Positions 1 to 10,495 of a stretch of 64,000 nucleotides of DNA are shown one piece after another (within the stretch, counting starts at the first letter, position 1; every line of letters begins with the position of its first letter). The position numbers and the translations under genes were made by a program. The DNA comes from an uncultured Clostridia bacterium (GTDB lineage: Bacteria > Bacillota > Clostridia > TANB77 > UBA1234): assembly GCA_934132775.1 (NCBI GenBank), contig CAKPAA010000007.1:21599-85598 (forward strand), given 5' to 3'. The notes below the pieces were generated by a model. It was given only the letters and a program-made list of their open reading frames with translations, was not told where the DNA came from and made no database searches.

Positions 1-813
1 GTACCTTTAAATTATAATATTATTCCTGACACGTTTAATGGCTATGTAATTGATAGTGCAAACCAAAACCAAATCAGCTTCACTCTTTTCGAAAATGAAG
101 ATCTACTTTATTATAGTGGTGATGTTTTAAATGTTGTTGATAATCGTTTCTCAATTGACACTACTGGATTTGTTGGCAAACACGATTTTGAAATTACAAA
201 TTCTTCAAACGAAGTTTCTAATTACACTTACTATTTCTCAGACGAGAATGGATATGTTGAGGATTACAAACTAGATGAGCTTGGTGATTTGAACGTTAAA
301 GTTTATGTAACAACAATTAAAGGCGTCAAAGTTATTTATACTGATAAGGAAAAAGATTTAATAAAAGACGTTGAAGAAATTATTTCTTCTCTACCAGAAA
401 AAATGCTTATAAACACAAAAGAAATTAAAATGCTTCCTGTTAACCATACTTCTGGTGCAGCTGGCATAACAAAATATGATAAGATTACTTTTTATAATCT
501 TTCAAAATATTCAAAAGCTACTATTAAAAACATTGTTATTCACGAAGTTGCTCACACTTGGGCATATGACTTAATGAGACAAAAAGCTATTGATTATTCT
601 TACACAGATTATAAAGAAGCTGTTAAGACTGATAGAAGATATCCAAGTAACTATGCAAGAAGGAATGTTGAAGCCGGTGATTATAGTGAAGACTTTGCAG
701 AAAGTGTATCTTTCTACTTCATAAATTCAAATTCATTCGCTAAGAAATACTCTTCAAGAGCTAGATACATCGAGAATTTAGTTAATACATATTTAAAAGT
801 TGAAGAACAATAA
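1..813 (+). CDS. Secreted zinc metallopeptidase, anthrax-lethal-factor-like (M34/ATLF-type HExxH domain), 5' partial; continues upstream of the window
   Basis: Frame 1 is open from base 1 into the listed ORF 289..813. HEVAH zinc-binding motif is followed by EDFAESVSFYF, resembling the third-ligand Glu region (NEAEFFAEAF) of M34 proteases. Confidence 0.5.
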   Translation, partial: VPLNYNIIPDTFNGYVIDSANQNQISFTLFENEDLLYYSGDVLNVVDNRFSIDTTGFVGKHDFEITNSSNEVSNYTYYFSDENGYVEDYKLDELGDLNVKVYVTTIKGVKVIYTDKEKDLIKDVEEIISSLPEKMLINTKEIKMLPVNHTSGAAGITKYDKITFYNLSKYSKATIKNIVIHEVAHTWAYDLMRQKAIDYSYTDYKEAVKTDRRYPSNYARRNVEAGDYSEDFAESVSFYFINSNSFAKKYSSRARYIENLVNTYLKVEEQ

Positions 814-827
814 ATAGGGATAAAATC

Positions 828-876
828 ATATGGGTAATTGGTAACAAAAACGTTGCTGATTACCCATATTTGCTAT
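828..876 (+). terminator. Rho-independent terminator after the metallopeptidase gene
   Basis: Perfect 11-bp inverted repeat atatgggtaat...attacccatat followed by a T-rich tract. Confidence 0.5.
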
Positions 877-898
877 TTTCTCCATTTTATGCTATAAT
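870..898 (+). promoter_or_regulatory. SigA-type promoter of dxs (TTGCTA, 17-bp spacer, TGcTATAAT extended -10)
   Basis: -35 and extended -10 hexamers with 17-bp spacing, about 17 nt upstream of the dxs RBS AGGTGA. Confidence 0.5.
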
Positions 899-914
899 CT
901 GCTAGGTGATTTTT

Positions 915-2837
915 ATGACAAGTAAAGTAATTGCAAAAGATAAAGATAAAAATATGTTAAAAAATCAAGAAAAAGTCCATTATAAAACTCTTGATAAAGT
1001 TAATAATATAGATGATTTAAAGAAACTAGATAAATCTGAACTACCTAATCTTGCAAGCGATATAAGAGCTTTTCTTATAGAAAATGTTTCAAAAACGGGT
1101 GGACACTTAGCTCCTAATTTGGGAGTTGTAGAACTTACAATAGCTCTCCATTACGTTTTTAACTCACCTGCTGACAAGATTATTTTTGACGTTGGGCATC
1201 AATGTTATGTACACAAGATTTTGACAGGTAGAAAAAATAAATTTTCTACACTTAGAAAGCTTAATGGTATTAGTGGTTTTCCTAAAACAAGAGAAAGCAA
1301 ACACGATATATTTAATACAGGTCACAGTAGCACGTCTATCTCCTCTGCACTTGGAATAGCCACAGCAAATAAGCTAAATGGCAAAAATGATTTTGCTATT
1401 GCAGTAATCGGAGACGGTGCACTAACTGGAGGACTAGCATTTGAAGGGTTAAACAACGCTAAAATTGATGACACTAATTTAATTGTAATTTTGAATGATA
1501 ATCAGATGTCAATATCTCCTAGTGTTGGAAATCTTTCAAATTACTTAAATCAAATGCGTTCTAACAGTTTGTATACTAACAGTAAAGCAAAGATCAAGAA
1601 TATTTTAGAACGTATTCCTCTAATTGGAAACGCAATAATTCATTTAGTTGAAAACTCTAAAAATGCTTTAAGACACGCTTTACTTCCTAACAGTGTTATG
1701 TTTGAGCAATTTGGATTTACGTATCTTGGCCCTATTGATGGACACAATTTAAATGATTTAACTAAAATTTTAGAACGTGCAAAAAGTGTTAGAAAGCCTG
1801 TTTTGATACATATTGTTACTAAAAAGGGAAAAGGCTATAAACCAGCAGAAGATAGACCAGACGTTTTTCACGGTGTTGGTAAATTTGACGTAGAAAGTGG
1901 AAAAATCAACACGTCATCTTCTGTATCATATTCAAAGAGATTTGGAGATGAACTTATTAAAAACGCAAAGTCAAATAATAAAATTGTTGCAATAACAGCA
2001 GCAATGCCTAAAAGCACTGGACTTTATGAATTTAGCAAAGAGTTCCCTAATAGATTTTTTGATGTTGGAATAGCCGAAGAACACGCTGTATCTTTTGCAT
2101 CAGGTCTTGCTTCTCAAGGTTTTATACCATTCTTTGCTGTTTATTCAACATTTCTACAACGCGCTTACGACGAAATCATACACGATATTGCCTTACAAAA
2201 CGCACACGTTGTTTTAGCAATTGATAGAGCTGGAATTGTCGGTGCTGACGGTGAAACACACCACGGAATATATGATTTATCTTATCTTTCTCATATTCCT
2301 AATATGACTATTATGGCACCAAAAGATGGCAATGAACTTGCTAAGATGATGGATTTTGCAATAAATTATAATGGTCCAGTTGCAATAAGATATTCACGAG
2401 ATGGTTATACTGATTCACTAACTGATGTAGCAGAATGTGAAATAGAACTTGGAAAAGCTGAGATTTTGCATACTGGAAAAGATTTAACAATTGTTGCAAT
2501 CGGCAAAACTGTTGCAACCGCATTAGAAGTTTCAAAGATTTTAGAAAAGAAGAAAATTTCTGCCGAAGTAATCAATGCACGCTTTTTAAAGCCATTAGAT
2601 AGTGATACTATTATGAATTCTCTAAGAAAGACAAAAAGAATAATAACTATTGAAGATAATGTAATAACAGGTGGGCTTGCTTCTGCCATTCAAAATCTAA
2701 TTATTAACGAAAAAGATATTTTGTTTAAAAAGTTTTTCGCATATCCAGACGAGTTTATAAAACACGGTTCGACTTCTGAAATAGAAGATGAATTTGGACT
2801 TTCATCTGAAAAAATTGCTAAAAAAATAAAATTTTAA
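915..2837 (+). CDS. dxs: 1-deoxy-D-xylulose-5-phosphate synthase
   Basis: GHQCYVHKILTGR and GDGALTGG thiamine-diphosphate motifs. Full-length transketolase-like architecture. ATG at 915 is preceded by the RBS AGGTGA; the track's GTG at 906 is an alternative. Confidence 0.93.
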   Translation: MTSKVIAKDKDKNMLKNQEKVHYKTLDKVNNIDDLKKLDKSELPNLASDIRAFLIENVSKTGGHLAPNLGVVELTIALHYVFNSPADKIIFDVGHQCYVHKILTGRKNKFSTLRKLNGISGFPKTRESKHDIFNTGHSSTSISSALGIATANKLNGKNDFAIAVIGDGALTGGLAFEGLNNAKIDDTNLIVILNDNQMSISPSVGNLSNYLNQMRSNSLYTNSKAKIKNILERIPLIGNAIIHLVENSKNALRHALLPNSVMFEQFGFTYLGPIDGHNLNDLTKILERAKSVRKPVLIHIVTKKGKGYKPAEDRPDVFHGVGKFDVESGKINTSSSVSYSKRFGDELIKNAKSNNKIVAITAAMPKSTGLYEFSKEFPNRFFDVGIAEEHAVSFASGLASQGFIPFFAVYSTFLQRAYDEIIHDIALQNAHVVLAIDRAGIVGADGETHHGIYDLSYLSHIPNMTIMAPKDGNELAKMMDFAINYNGPVAIRYSRDGYTDSLTDVAECEIELGKAEILHTGKDLTIVAIGKTVATALEVSKILEKKKISAEVINARFLKPLDSDTIMNSLRKTKRIITIEDNVITGGLASAIQNLIINEKDILFKKFFAYPDEFIKHGSTSEIEDEFGLSSEKIAKKIKF

Positions 2838-2859
2838 TAGTGATAAATATTGTTAAAAT

Positions 2860-2899
2860 AAGTAGTGAAGTACAACAAGTGTGCTCCACTACTTATTTT
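2860..2899 (+). terminator. Rho-independent terminator of dxs
   Basis: Hairpin aagtagtgaag...ctccactactt followed by ATTTTT. Confidence 0.55.
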
Positions 2900-3014
2900 T
2901 CTAGCATTACTTATTTTTATAAAGCACTATAAATTAGTATTTAAAAAAAGAAAAATAATATATAAAAGGTTATTAAATTTATTATTTTTCTATTGTATAA
3001 AAAATTAGACTTAC

Positions 3015-3323
3015 CTACATTCTTAACAATTCCTCTATTTCGCTTTTGCTCATATACCCCTCTACCCTTTTCTTTAGTTCTCCGTCTTTATACACTAAAA
3101 TTACAGGATACAAAAAAATTTTATTTCGCTCTGAAAATTCTTTATCGTTCTTCAATTTAAATCTCATAACTTTTATATCTGTATACTCTTTTTCTATTTC
3201 ATCAATGTACTTATCAACTGTTTGACAATGATAACAATCTATTATTAGATAGGCTATAAGGGTGGTTTTATCCTTCTTAGGAATTATTTGGTTTAGTTCT
3301 GCAATATCTAAAATTTCAATCAT
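3015..3323 (-). CDS. Thioredoxin-family protein (CYHC active site)
   Basis: About 100 aa with a CxxC motif (CYHC) in a thioredoxin-like context. Confidence 0.65.
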   Translation of the reverse strand: MIEILDIAELNQIIPKKDKTTLIAYLIIDCYHCQTVDKYIDEIEKEYTDIKVMRFKLKNDKEFSERNKIFLYPVILVYKDGELKKRVEGYMSKSEIEELLRM

Positions 3324-3529
3324 CTAATCTCACCACCTATTAAAATTTTCTCTTGTTTTTACTATAAAAAATGCCATAAAGGATGCCGTTTGTCTTTTTA
3401 GAAAAAGTATATTTTTCTAAAATATTATTCTTGCATCTCTTTATGACACTCTTTATTTAATAATATGTGTTTAATTTTTTATTGGTGATAATCAAAATAA
3501 TTTTAATTTTCACATTGTTTAATAAAAAT

Positions 3530-4606
3530 CTATTTTGTAGCATTTTTTGAAATGTTGAGCAGCACTCCACAAGAGCACAGCAATATTATAAGTGCCGTTC
3601 CACCGTAACTGAAAAATGGTAGTGGTATTCCTGTTACTGGGAATGTAGCTGAAACTATCGCTATATTAAGTATTGCTTGAACACCAACAAGTGATGTTAT
3701 TCCAACTGCAAGTAACGTTCCAAACATATCTGGTGCTTTTATCGCTATTGCAATTCCTCTCCATATAAAAACGCCAAATAGCAATACAACAAACATAGCC
3801 CCTATGAATCCTAACTCTTCTGCTAATATTGCAAAAATGAAGTCGTTATGTGGCTCTGGAATATACATATATTTTTGTGTACTGTTTCCAAGTCCAACTC
3901 CAAATAATCCACCACTTCCTATTGCATAAAGTGATTGTGCTGCTTGCCAGCCTGAGTCTAACAAGTCTTCAAATGGATTGAAAATATACTGCAATCTTTT
4001 TACTCTGTACGGTTCTTGTATTACTAGAAATCCAAGTCCAAGAAGTGCAACACCAACACACGATGCTATTTGCCAGCCTTTTAATCCAACTGTTACAACC
4101 ATTATTCCAGTTATTATACAAGTAATTGCTAATGCACTCATATGTGGTTCTTTATATAAAAGTGCGCATATTACACCAACAAATAGCATAATTTTGAACA
4201 GTTTTCGCCAAAACACTTTATCTTGTTTAGTTACAACTGAAAGCTCTGATGCCAAAAATACTATAAGTGCAATTTTCATAAGCTCTGACGGCTGAAATCT
4301 AATTCCGATTTTTATCCATCTTGTTGCACCTTTAACAGTTTGCCCTATTCCTGGCACTAAAACCAGCACTAATAAAACTATTGCTACAATTATTGCTATC
4401 ATCGAGAATTTTTTATATATTCTATAATCTACAAATGAAATAATAATCATTCCTGCAATTCCTATTATCGCATTTATAAGCTGACTTTTAAAATAAAAAT
4501 AACTGTCTCCCTCATATGTAAGTGCACTTGGGGCACTTGCGCTAAGCACCATTATTACCCCCATTGCAAGTAACACAAATATAGTTACTAATAATCCAAT
4601 ATCCAT
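3530..4606 (-). CDS. SEDS-family peptidoglycan glycosyltransferase (FtsW/RodA/SpoVE)
   Basis: Multi-pass membrane protein with an FtsW/RodA-like sequence, immediately downstream of mraY in the dcw cluster. Confidence 0.85.
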   Translation of the reverse strand: MDIGLLVTIFVLLAMGVIMVLSASAPSALTYEGDSYFYFKSQLINAIIGIAGMIIISFVDYRIYKKFSMIAIIVAIVLLVLVLVPGIGQTVKGATRWIKIGIRFQPSELMKIALIVFLASELSVVTKQDKVFWRKLFKIMLFVGVICALLYKEPHMSALAITCIITGIMVVTVGLKGWQIASCVGVALLGLGFLVIQEPYRVKRLQYIFNPFEDLLDSGWQAAQSLYAIGSGGLFGVGLGNSTQKYMYIPEPHNDFIFAILAEELGFIGAMFVVLLFGVFIWRGIAIAIKAPDMFGTLLAVGITSLVGVQAILNIAIVSATFPVTGIPLPFFSYGGTALIILLCSCGVLLNISKNATK

Positions 4607-4705
4607 TTGTTTTTTCTTTTTTCTTTTTGCTAATTCATTATTAACCTTTACAGCGTTTCTCTCCTGCGTAACTATATTATCGCCCCCTTTTATGCCTCAT
4701 TGAAT

Positions 4706-5692
4706 TTATATTATTGCCAAAGCTAATATTGCAAGCAATAACGTAACAGTCCAAAATGCTGGAACTATTATTGTTTCTTTTATGCCACACAATTCAAAAT
4801 GATGATGAATTGGTGCCATTTTAAATAATCTCTTTCCACCAGTAACTTTAAAATATACAACTTGTAAAATTACTGAAATCGCTTCAATAACACAAACACC
4901 CGCAACCACAATAAGTATAAGTGGCATTTTCAACATAAGTGCTACACTACAAAACGCACCACCTAGTGCAAGTGAACCTGTATCTCCCATAAATACTCGT
5001 GCAGGATACATATTGAAAAACAAAAATCCAATTGTAGTACCTGTAACAATTGCAGAAAATGCTGACATATCTTTATTTCCAAATCTCATAGCTGCAACTG
5101 TAAAAAACAACATTATTATTGCAGAGACTCCCGAAGCTAAGCCATCTAAGCCATCTGTTAAATTCAAACTATTCGTGCAAGCTAGTATTATAAACACTGC
5201 ACACGGTATATACAGCCAAACAGGAAGAGTAATATATTCTTTCAATATTGGTATATATGTTTCTGTTCCAAAATCTATATATGTTAAATAGACAACAAAA
5301 GCTGTCGCAACAATTATCAGTCCGAGCATCTTTAAACTTGGTTTTAACCCCTTTGGATTTTTCAAAATCAATTTTATAAAATCATCTATAAATCCAATAA
5401 GTCCATACCCAAGAGTTACAAGCGCAACTGGCAATACATTTTTATACTTTGAGGCAACTCCAATTGATGTTATCATAATTACTATCAGCATTATAATTCC
5501 ACCCATTGTTGGAGTTCCACTCTTTCTAAGATGTTCTTTTGGTCCATCATCTCTTACTACCTGCCCAATTTTAAATTTCTTCAAAATTGGAATAACTATA
5601 AATCCTAAAATAATTGTTAATATAAAAGATACAACTAACGCATCGGTTTCAACTGATGAATTTTCTATTACTGACTTTATTTTTTCCAACAT
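4706..5692 (-). CDS. mraY: Phospho-N-acetylmuramoyl-pentapeptide transferase
   Basis: MraY-like polytopic protein with the DDxxK/D motif (IGFIDDFIKL), in dcw position. Confidence 0.93.
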   Translation of the reverse strand: MLEKIKSVIENSSVETDALVVSFILTIILGFIVIPILKKFKIGQVVRDDGPKEHLRKSGTPTMGGIIMLIVIMITSIGVASKYKNVLPVALVTLGYGLIGFIDDFIKLILKNPKGLKPSLKMLGLIIVATAFVVYLTYIDFGTETYIPILKEYITLPVWLYIPCAVFIILACTNSLNLTDGLDGLASGVSAIIMLFFTVAAMRFGNKDMSAFSAIVTGTTIGFLFFNMYPARVFMGDTGSLALGGAFCSVALMLKMPLILIVVAGVCVIEAISVILQVVYFKVTGGKRLFKMAPIHHHFELCGIKETIIVPAFWTVTLLLAILALAII

Positions 5693-5710
5693 ATTCTCCC
5701 CCTACTTTAC

Positions 5711-7198
5711 TTACCAGGCATACAAAGTTTTATCTTTTGGCTCTGGAAGTTTCTTCAAAGCTTCCGCTATCACTTCTCTATCATCAAAGTGATGTTTTTC
5801 ACCATTTATTTCTTGATATGTTTCATGACCTTTTCCTGCTACTAGAACTAAATCATTTTTTTCTGCTTGCTTTAACGCATATTCAATTGCTTTCTTTCTA
5901 TCAACTATAACTTTATACTTTCCACTTGTTTTTCTTATTCCAGCTTCAATTTGAGCAATTATATCTTCTGGCTTTTCTGACCTTGGGTTATCAGAAGTTA
6001 TAACAGTAAGACCAGCAATTTTTCCTGCGATTTCACCCATCATAGGTCTCTTGGCAGTGTCTCTGTCTCCACCACAGCCAAACACACAAATTATCTTTCC
6101 TTTTGTGTATACCTTTGAAGCTCTTAATATATTTTCCAAACTATCTGGTGTATGCGCATAATCTACCATAACAGTAAAGTTTCTTGTCGTTGGCACAATT
6201 TCAGACCTACCTGGTACCTTTACGTTTTCAAGTCCAGCAAGCACATCTTCAACACCTGCCCCAAGTCTTATTGAAGCACAAATTGCTGCAAGTGCATTAT
6301 AAACAGTAAATCTACCTGGTATATCAACCTTTATTCTTTGTATAACTCTATTGAAAGGCATCTTAAAGTCTGAATAGCTGTTAGTTATTATTATATCTCT
6401 TGCACACACATAAGGATTATTATCTATACCATACGTTGTGATAGGGCAAGTTGCCATTGCCATCAGCTTTTTGGCATACATATCATCAGCATTTACATAC
6501 CCCTCTTTTGCCATTGTAAACAGCTTTGCCTTTGCTGCTAAATAATTATCAAATGTTTTATGAAAGTCCAAATGATCTTGTGATAAGTTCGTATAAATGG
6601 CTATATCAAAAGTATTGCCATATACTCTATCCAAAGCTAATGAGTGTGAAGAAACTTCCATAACAACTACATCAACTTTTTCATCAGCCATTTCTCTAAA
6701 CATCTTTTGCAAATCTAAACTTTCTGGTGTAGTTCTTTGAGACTCAATAACCCTGTCTCCTAAGTAATTTGCAATAGTTCCAATTAGTCCAACTTTCTTA
6801 CCTGCTTTTTCTAGTATACTCTTAATCATATATGTTGTTGTTGTTTTTCCTTTTGTACCAGTTACACCAACTAATTTAAACTCTCTCGATGGATGGCCAT
6901 AATAGTTGCAAGCAGATAGTGCAAGTAATTTTCTTGTATCTTCTGCAATAATCACAGTAACACTAGTAGGAATTTTACTTACATCAAATTCGCCATCTTG
7001 AACTGCAATTACACTTGCACCTTTTTGCAAAGCCATCTCAACATATTCATGACCATTCGTTTTAAATCCAACAATTGCCACAAACATATCACCAGGCTCA
7101 ACAAGCCTTGAATCACACCTAATTTCCTTTACTTCCTCTTCAATGTTTCCTTGAAGTTTGAATCCATCGATTCTGTCTAAAATTTTTGATAATTTCAT
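5711..7198 (-). CDS. murE: UDP-N-acetylmuramoyl-L-alanyl-D-glutamate--2,6-diaminopimelate ligase
   Basis: Mur ligase P-loop GVTGTKGKTTT and the DNPR motif typical of meso-DAP-adding MurE. Confidence 0.9.
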   Translation of the reverse strand: MKLSKILDRIDGFKLQGNIEEEVKEIRCDSRLVEPGDMFVAIVGFKTNGHEYVEMALQKGASVIAVQDGEFDVSKIPTSVTVIIAEDTRKLLALSACNYYGHPSREFKLVGVTGTKGKTTTTYMIKSILEKAGKKVGLIGTIANYLGDRVIESQRTTPESLDLQKMFREMADEKVDVVVMEVSSHSLALDRVYGNTFDIAIYTNLSQDHLDFHKTFDNYLAAKAKLFTMAKEGYVNADDMYAKKLMAMATCPITTYGIDNNPYVCARDIIITNSYSDFKMPFNRVIQRIKVDIPGRFTVYNALAAICASIRLGAGVEDVLAGLENVKVPGRSEIVPTTRNFTVMVDYAHTPDSLENILRASKVYTKGKIICVFGCGGDRDTAKRPMMGEIAGKIAGLTVITSDNPRSEKPEDIIAQIEAGIRKTSGKYKVIVDRKKAIEYALKQAEKNDLVLVAGKGHETYQEINGEKHHFDDREVIAEALKKLPEPKDKTLYAW

Positions 7199-7286
7199 AA
7201 TTATCCGCCTTTCTTTTGATAGTGTTATTTTCTATCAACTTAATCAAAATTTTTGCGAGTGCTGTAATTACAACTTCTCATCTTTA

Positions 7287-9464
7287 TTATTCAACGTCAA
7301 TGCCAACTGCTCTGAATTCAACTCTTACTAAGCTGCCTTGCTCCACACTTGTTCCAGCTGGTGGATCTTGAAGCACAGACATTCCACTTCCAGAAATCTT
7401 TATGTTTAAGTTTGCATCAGATAACTTCTTTGTTGCAGAAACTATGTCTAAGTTTTTAACATCTGGCACAATCGTATTGAATCTTGTATCATTTCCCTCA
7501 ACGTATAATTTTACTAATGACTTTTCAACTAATTTTTCGCCTGACACTGGCATTTGTGCTGTTACAATCTTATTCATATCAGATTCATCAACACTATATT
7601 TAAGTCCTGCATTGTTTAACATCCTTATTGCCTCGCCGACAGTTCTATTTGTCACATCAGGAACTTCAACTTTCTTAGTTTTATCTTCTGTTGTATAATC
7701 TTTCTTAACTTCAAGATATTCTAGAACCTCAGATAAAATATTTGAAACAACCGGTGCACATATTGCGCCACCTTGGTGTCCAAGTTTGCTCTTTGGATTA
7801 GCAATGGTCAACATTATTGCAACTTGTGGATCAGTCGCCGGAGCCAAGGCAACGAACGAAGCTGTGTAAGTTTTATTCGCTCCTCTCCCTTGCTCAGCAG
7901 TACTTGTTTTTCCTGCAACGTAGTAACCTTTTACTTGACCATTTCTACCAGTACCATTAGAAACAACGCTTGTCATCATATCCAAAACTGCATTTGCAGT
8001 TTCTTTTGAAAATACTTGTTTCTCTGCCACTGGCTCATTTTCTTGAACAACATTTCCATTTCTATCTAAAATTTTAGAAACAATTCTAGGTTTCATAAGT
8101 ATTCCATCATTTCCAAATACAGAAATTACATTAAGCATATTAAGCTGTGTCAAAGTAAAGCCTTGACCAAATGCAGCAGAAGCAATAGTTGAATCAGTTA
8201 CATTCGCGATTTGGTGAATAATTCCGTTTACTTCACCAGGTAAATCTATGCCCGTCTTTTTAGAAACGCCCAAAGCTGATAAATAGTCATAATATTTAAC
8301 CTTTCCAATTGTAAGTGCAATGCTCATAAAAACAGGGTTACAAGAGTTCATAAGACCTTGCCTCAAACTCTGCTTTCCGTGTGGATTATAATATCTCCAA
8401 CACTTCATATCCCAACCTTCAATTTTTAAATAACCATTACACAAAAACTTAACTGTATCAACATCTTTAACTAAACCTTCTTCAAGAGCAACAGCCGCTG
8501 TAACAGTTTTAAAAACAGAACCAGGTTCAAAAGTATCTGTTATAACTCTATTTCTCCATAAATTCTGTAATTCCTTTGTTTTTTCAGCGGATGATAAAGT
8601 GTCCCACTTACTCTTTAAAGCATCTGTCGTTGGTGTGAAAGGACTATTCGGATCATAAGTTGGTGCAGTTGCCATCGCAAGTATATCACCCGTCTTAGGG
8701 TTCATTATCGTGCAAGCTGCATAATCTGGATTATTGTCGCTAACAGCTTGATCCAAATATTTTTCAGTTATATACTGTATCATTTCATCAACTGTAAGAA
8801 CTAAGTTCAAACCATCTTCTGGTGGAATATACTTTTCATCATTTAAAGGAAGTTCATTTCCTATGGCATCAGTGCCAACAATTAGTTGCCCTTGAACGCC
8901 TTTAAGCACACTTTCGTACTGAGTTTCAATTCCTTCAAGACCTTGATTATCCGTTCCACAAAATCCTAACACATTCGCTAACAATTTACCATTAGGATAA
9001 TACCTTTTAGTATCTTCATATATATTTACACCTGTTATTTTTTCTTCTTTAATCCAAGCTCTCACTTGGTCTGTAACAGATTTATCTAACTTTTTAGCAA
9101 TAGTTTCATCTGCTGTATTCTTCTTAGTTTTAGCTAAAACAGTTTCATAGTCTAAATTCAAAATTTCAGATAAACCCTTTGCAGTTTTTTCTTTATTCTC
9201 TGCCTTAATATTCTTAGGCGTTATACTTATCGATTCAACGGTTATACTCTCCGCCAAGACCTCACCATTTCTATCATAAATAATTCCCCTCTTAGGGCTA
9301 ATCTTTCTATTCTTAGTTTGTTGTGCGTATGCCTCTTCTCTCATATCACTGCCTCTAACAACTTGCCAATAAAAAAGTCTACCTATAAGCACAAGAATCA
9401 ATGAAAAATATATAATCATTATAATCTTAATTCTACGTTTTGTCTTTATTTTAGCCTTTGCCAC
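7287..9464 (-). CDS. Class B penicillin-binding protein (SpoVD/PBP2B-like transpeptidase) with C-terminal PASTA domains
   Basis: N-terminal membrane anchor, transpeptidase SxxK/SxN/KTG(T/S) region and two C-terminal PASTA-like repeats, in dcw context. Confidence 0.88.
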   Translation of the reverse strand: MAKAKIKTKRRIKIIMIIYFSLILVLIGRLFYWQVVRGSDMREEAYAQQTKNRKISPKRGIIYDRNGEVLAESITVESISITPKNIKAENKEKTAKGLSEILNLDYETVLAKTKKNTADETIAKKLDKSVTDQVRAWIKEEKITGVNIYEDTKRYYPNGKLLANVLGFCGTDNQGLEGIETQYESVLKGVQGQLIVGTDAIGNELPLNDEKYIPPEDGLNLVLTVDEMIQYITEKYLDQAVSDNNPDYAACTIMNPKTGDILAMATAPTYDPNSPFTPTTDALKSKWDTLSSAEKTKELQNLWRNRVITDTFEPGSVFKTVTAAVALEEGLVKDVDTVKFLCNGYLKIEGWDMKCWRYYNPHGKQSLRQGLMNSCNPVFMSIALTIGKVKYYDYLSALGVSKKTGIDLPGEVNGIIHQIANVTDSTIASAAFGQGFTLTQLNMLNVISVFGNDGILMKPRIVSKILDRNGNVVQENEPVAEKQVFSKETANAVLDMMTSVVSNGTGRNGQVKGYYVAGKTSTAEQGRGANKTYTASFVALAPATDPQVAIMLTIANPKSKLGHQGGAICAPVVSNILSEVLEYLEVKKDYTTEDKTKKVEVPDVTNRTVGEAIRMLNNAGLKYSVDESDMNKIVTAQMPVSGEKLVEKSLVKLYVEGNDTRFNTIVPDVKNLDIVSATKKLSDANLNIKISGSGMSVLQDPPAGTSVEQGSLVRVEFRAVGIDVE

Positions 9465-9652
9465 ATACTCACCTCCAAAACATTCCGATACATATATATT
9501 ACAATATATAATTTAATATTACAACCACTGCAATCATTCTTATGAGTTAAAAACTAAAATTATAATATCTCCAACAAGCTAGCTCATAAATTTGTTATAG
9601 ATATATAAAAAGCACACAAGAAATTAAGACAACCTAATATTCCAGTGTGCAT

Positions 9653-10462
9653 CTAGTCTAATATATTTCTTATGTCGTTAATAAGCTTTTCCAAAAATGT
9701 TTTTTCTTCCTTTTCAATAACGACAGGAGTTGAAATCTTATCTTCTTTTCCCACAACAACTTTTTGTATTTGAGAATCCTTAGGTTTTTGCATACCCAAC
9801 TGATACTTTGCATAAGATTCAATATTCGATAAATCTGTTTGCGTTTGTATTTCAGATTCTATTTGTGCATTTGTTGTATTTATATTGTCTAATTTGCTTT
9901 TCATTCCATTAACCTTAGAAAATGACTCATTTATAAGTGATGACCTATAACATATCAAAAACAAAATTGAAAATGCAAAAAAGGCAATTGCCACATTTTT
10001 AAGTGGTGCTGATTTTTCTTTCGTTGCAACTTTCTTCTTTGGACTTGCAATAACCTCAGCGTGTTTCAATGACATTTCCTTTGGTTTCTGAATCTGTCTT
10101 TTAGAAACCATCGTTGGTATTTCTAAATTCTTTGATGCAGTCCTCTTTCTAGTAGTAGAAGTGGTATCTCTCGTAACCGCTCTTGTAGAAGTTCTAGTTA
10201 CGTTCCTAGTGGTAGCAGTCTTAACCTCAACCCTTTGAGAAGCTTTATTTCCTCTAACAGGCACATTTCTCGTTAATTGGCTTTGAGTGCTTTTTCTACT
10301 TGGCTGAGCTTGAACACTTCCTTTACTTGTTTGAGGCTGAGCAGTTCTTCTAACCGCTTGACTAGATGTTTTTGGTCTACCATTAGAAGTTCCAGCTTTT
10401 GCTGAACTTCTACGTCTATTGCCATATTCATAATAATCATAGTCATATTGAACTGCTGGCAT
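9653..10462 (-). CDS. ftsL: FtsL-like cell-division protein with a long disordered S/T/R-rich N-terminus
   Basis: Single transmembrane helix followed by a short coiled-coil. Sits between rsmH and the PBP gene as ftsL does in dcw clusters. Confidence 0.55.
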   Translation of the reverse strand: MPAVQYDYDYYEYGNRRRSSAKAGTSNGRPKTSSQAVRRTAQPQTSKGSVQAQPSRKSTQSQLTRNVPVRGNKASQRVEVKTATTRNVTRTSTRAVTRDTTSTTRKRTASKNLEIPTMVSKRQIQKPKEMSLKHAEVIASPKKKVATKEKSAPLKNVAIAFFAFSILFLICYRSSLINESFSKVNGMKSKLDNINTTNAQIESEIQTQTDLSNIESYAKYQLGMQKPKDSQIQKVVVGKEDKISTPVVIEKEEKTFLEKLINDIRNILD

Positions 10463-10495
10463 TAACTACAAACCTCCTTAAAAATTTTCTTACAT

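Noticed and set aside
2341-2689. ORFs 2341..2535 and 2405..2689 on the minus strand inside dxs. Similar antisense or embedded track ORFs occur inside other genes, for example 3978..4295, 5013..5291, 7402..7698, 13012..14826, 27260..27724, 30428..32713, 52129..54420.
   Set aside because: They lie entirely within well-supported genes on the opposite strand or in another frame. They lack an RBS and have low-complexity composition typical of AT-rich antisense frames.
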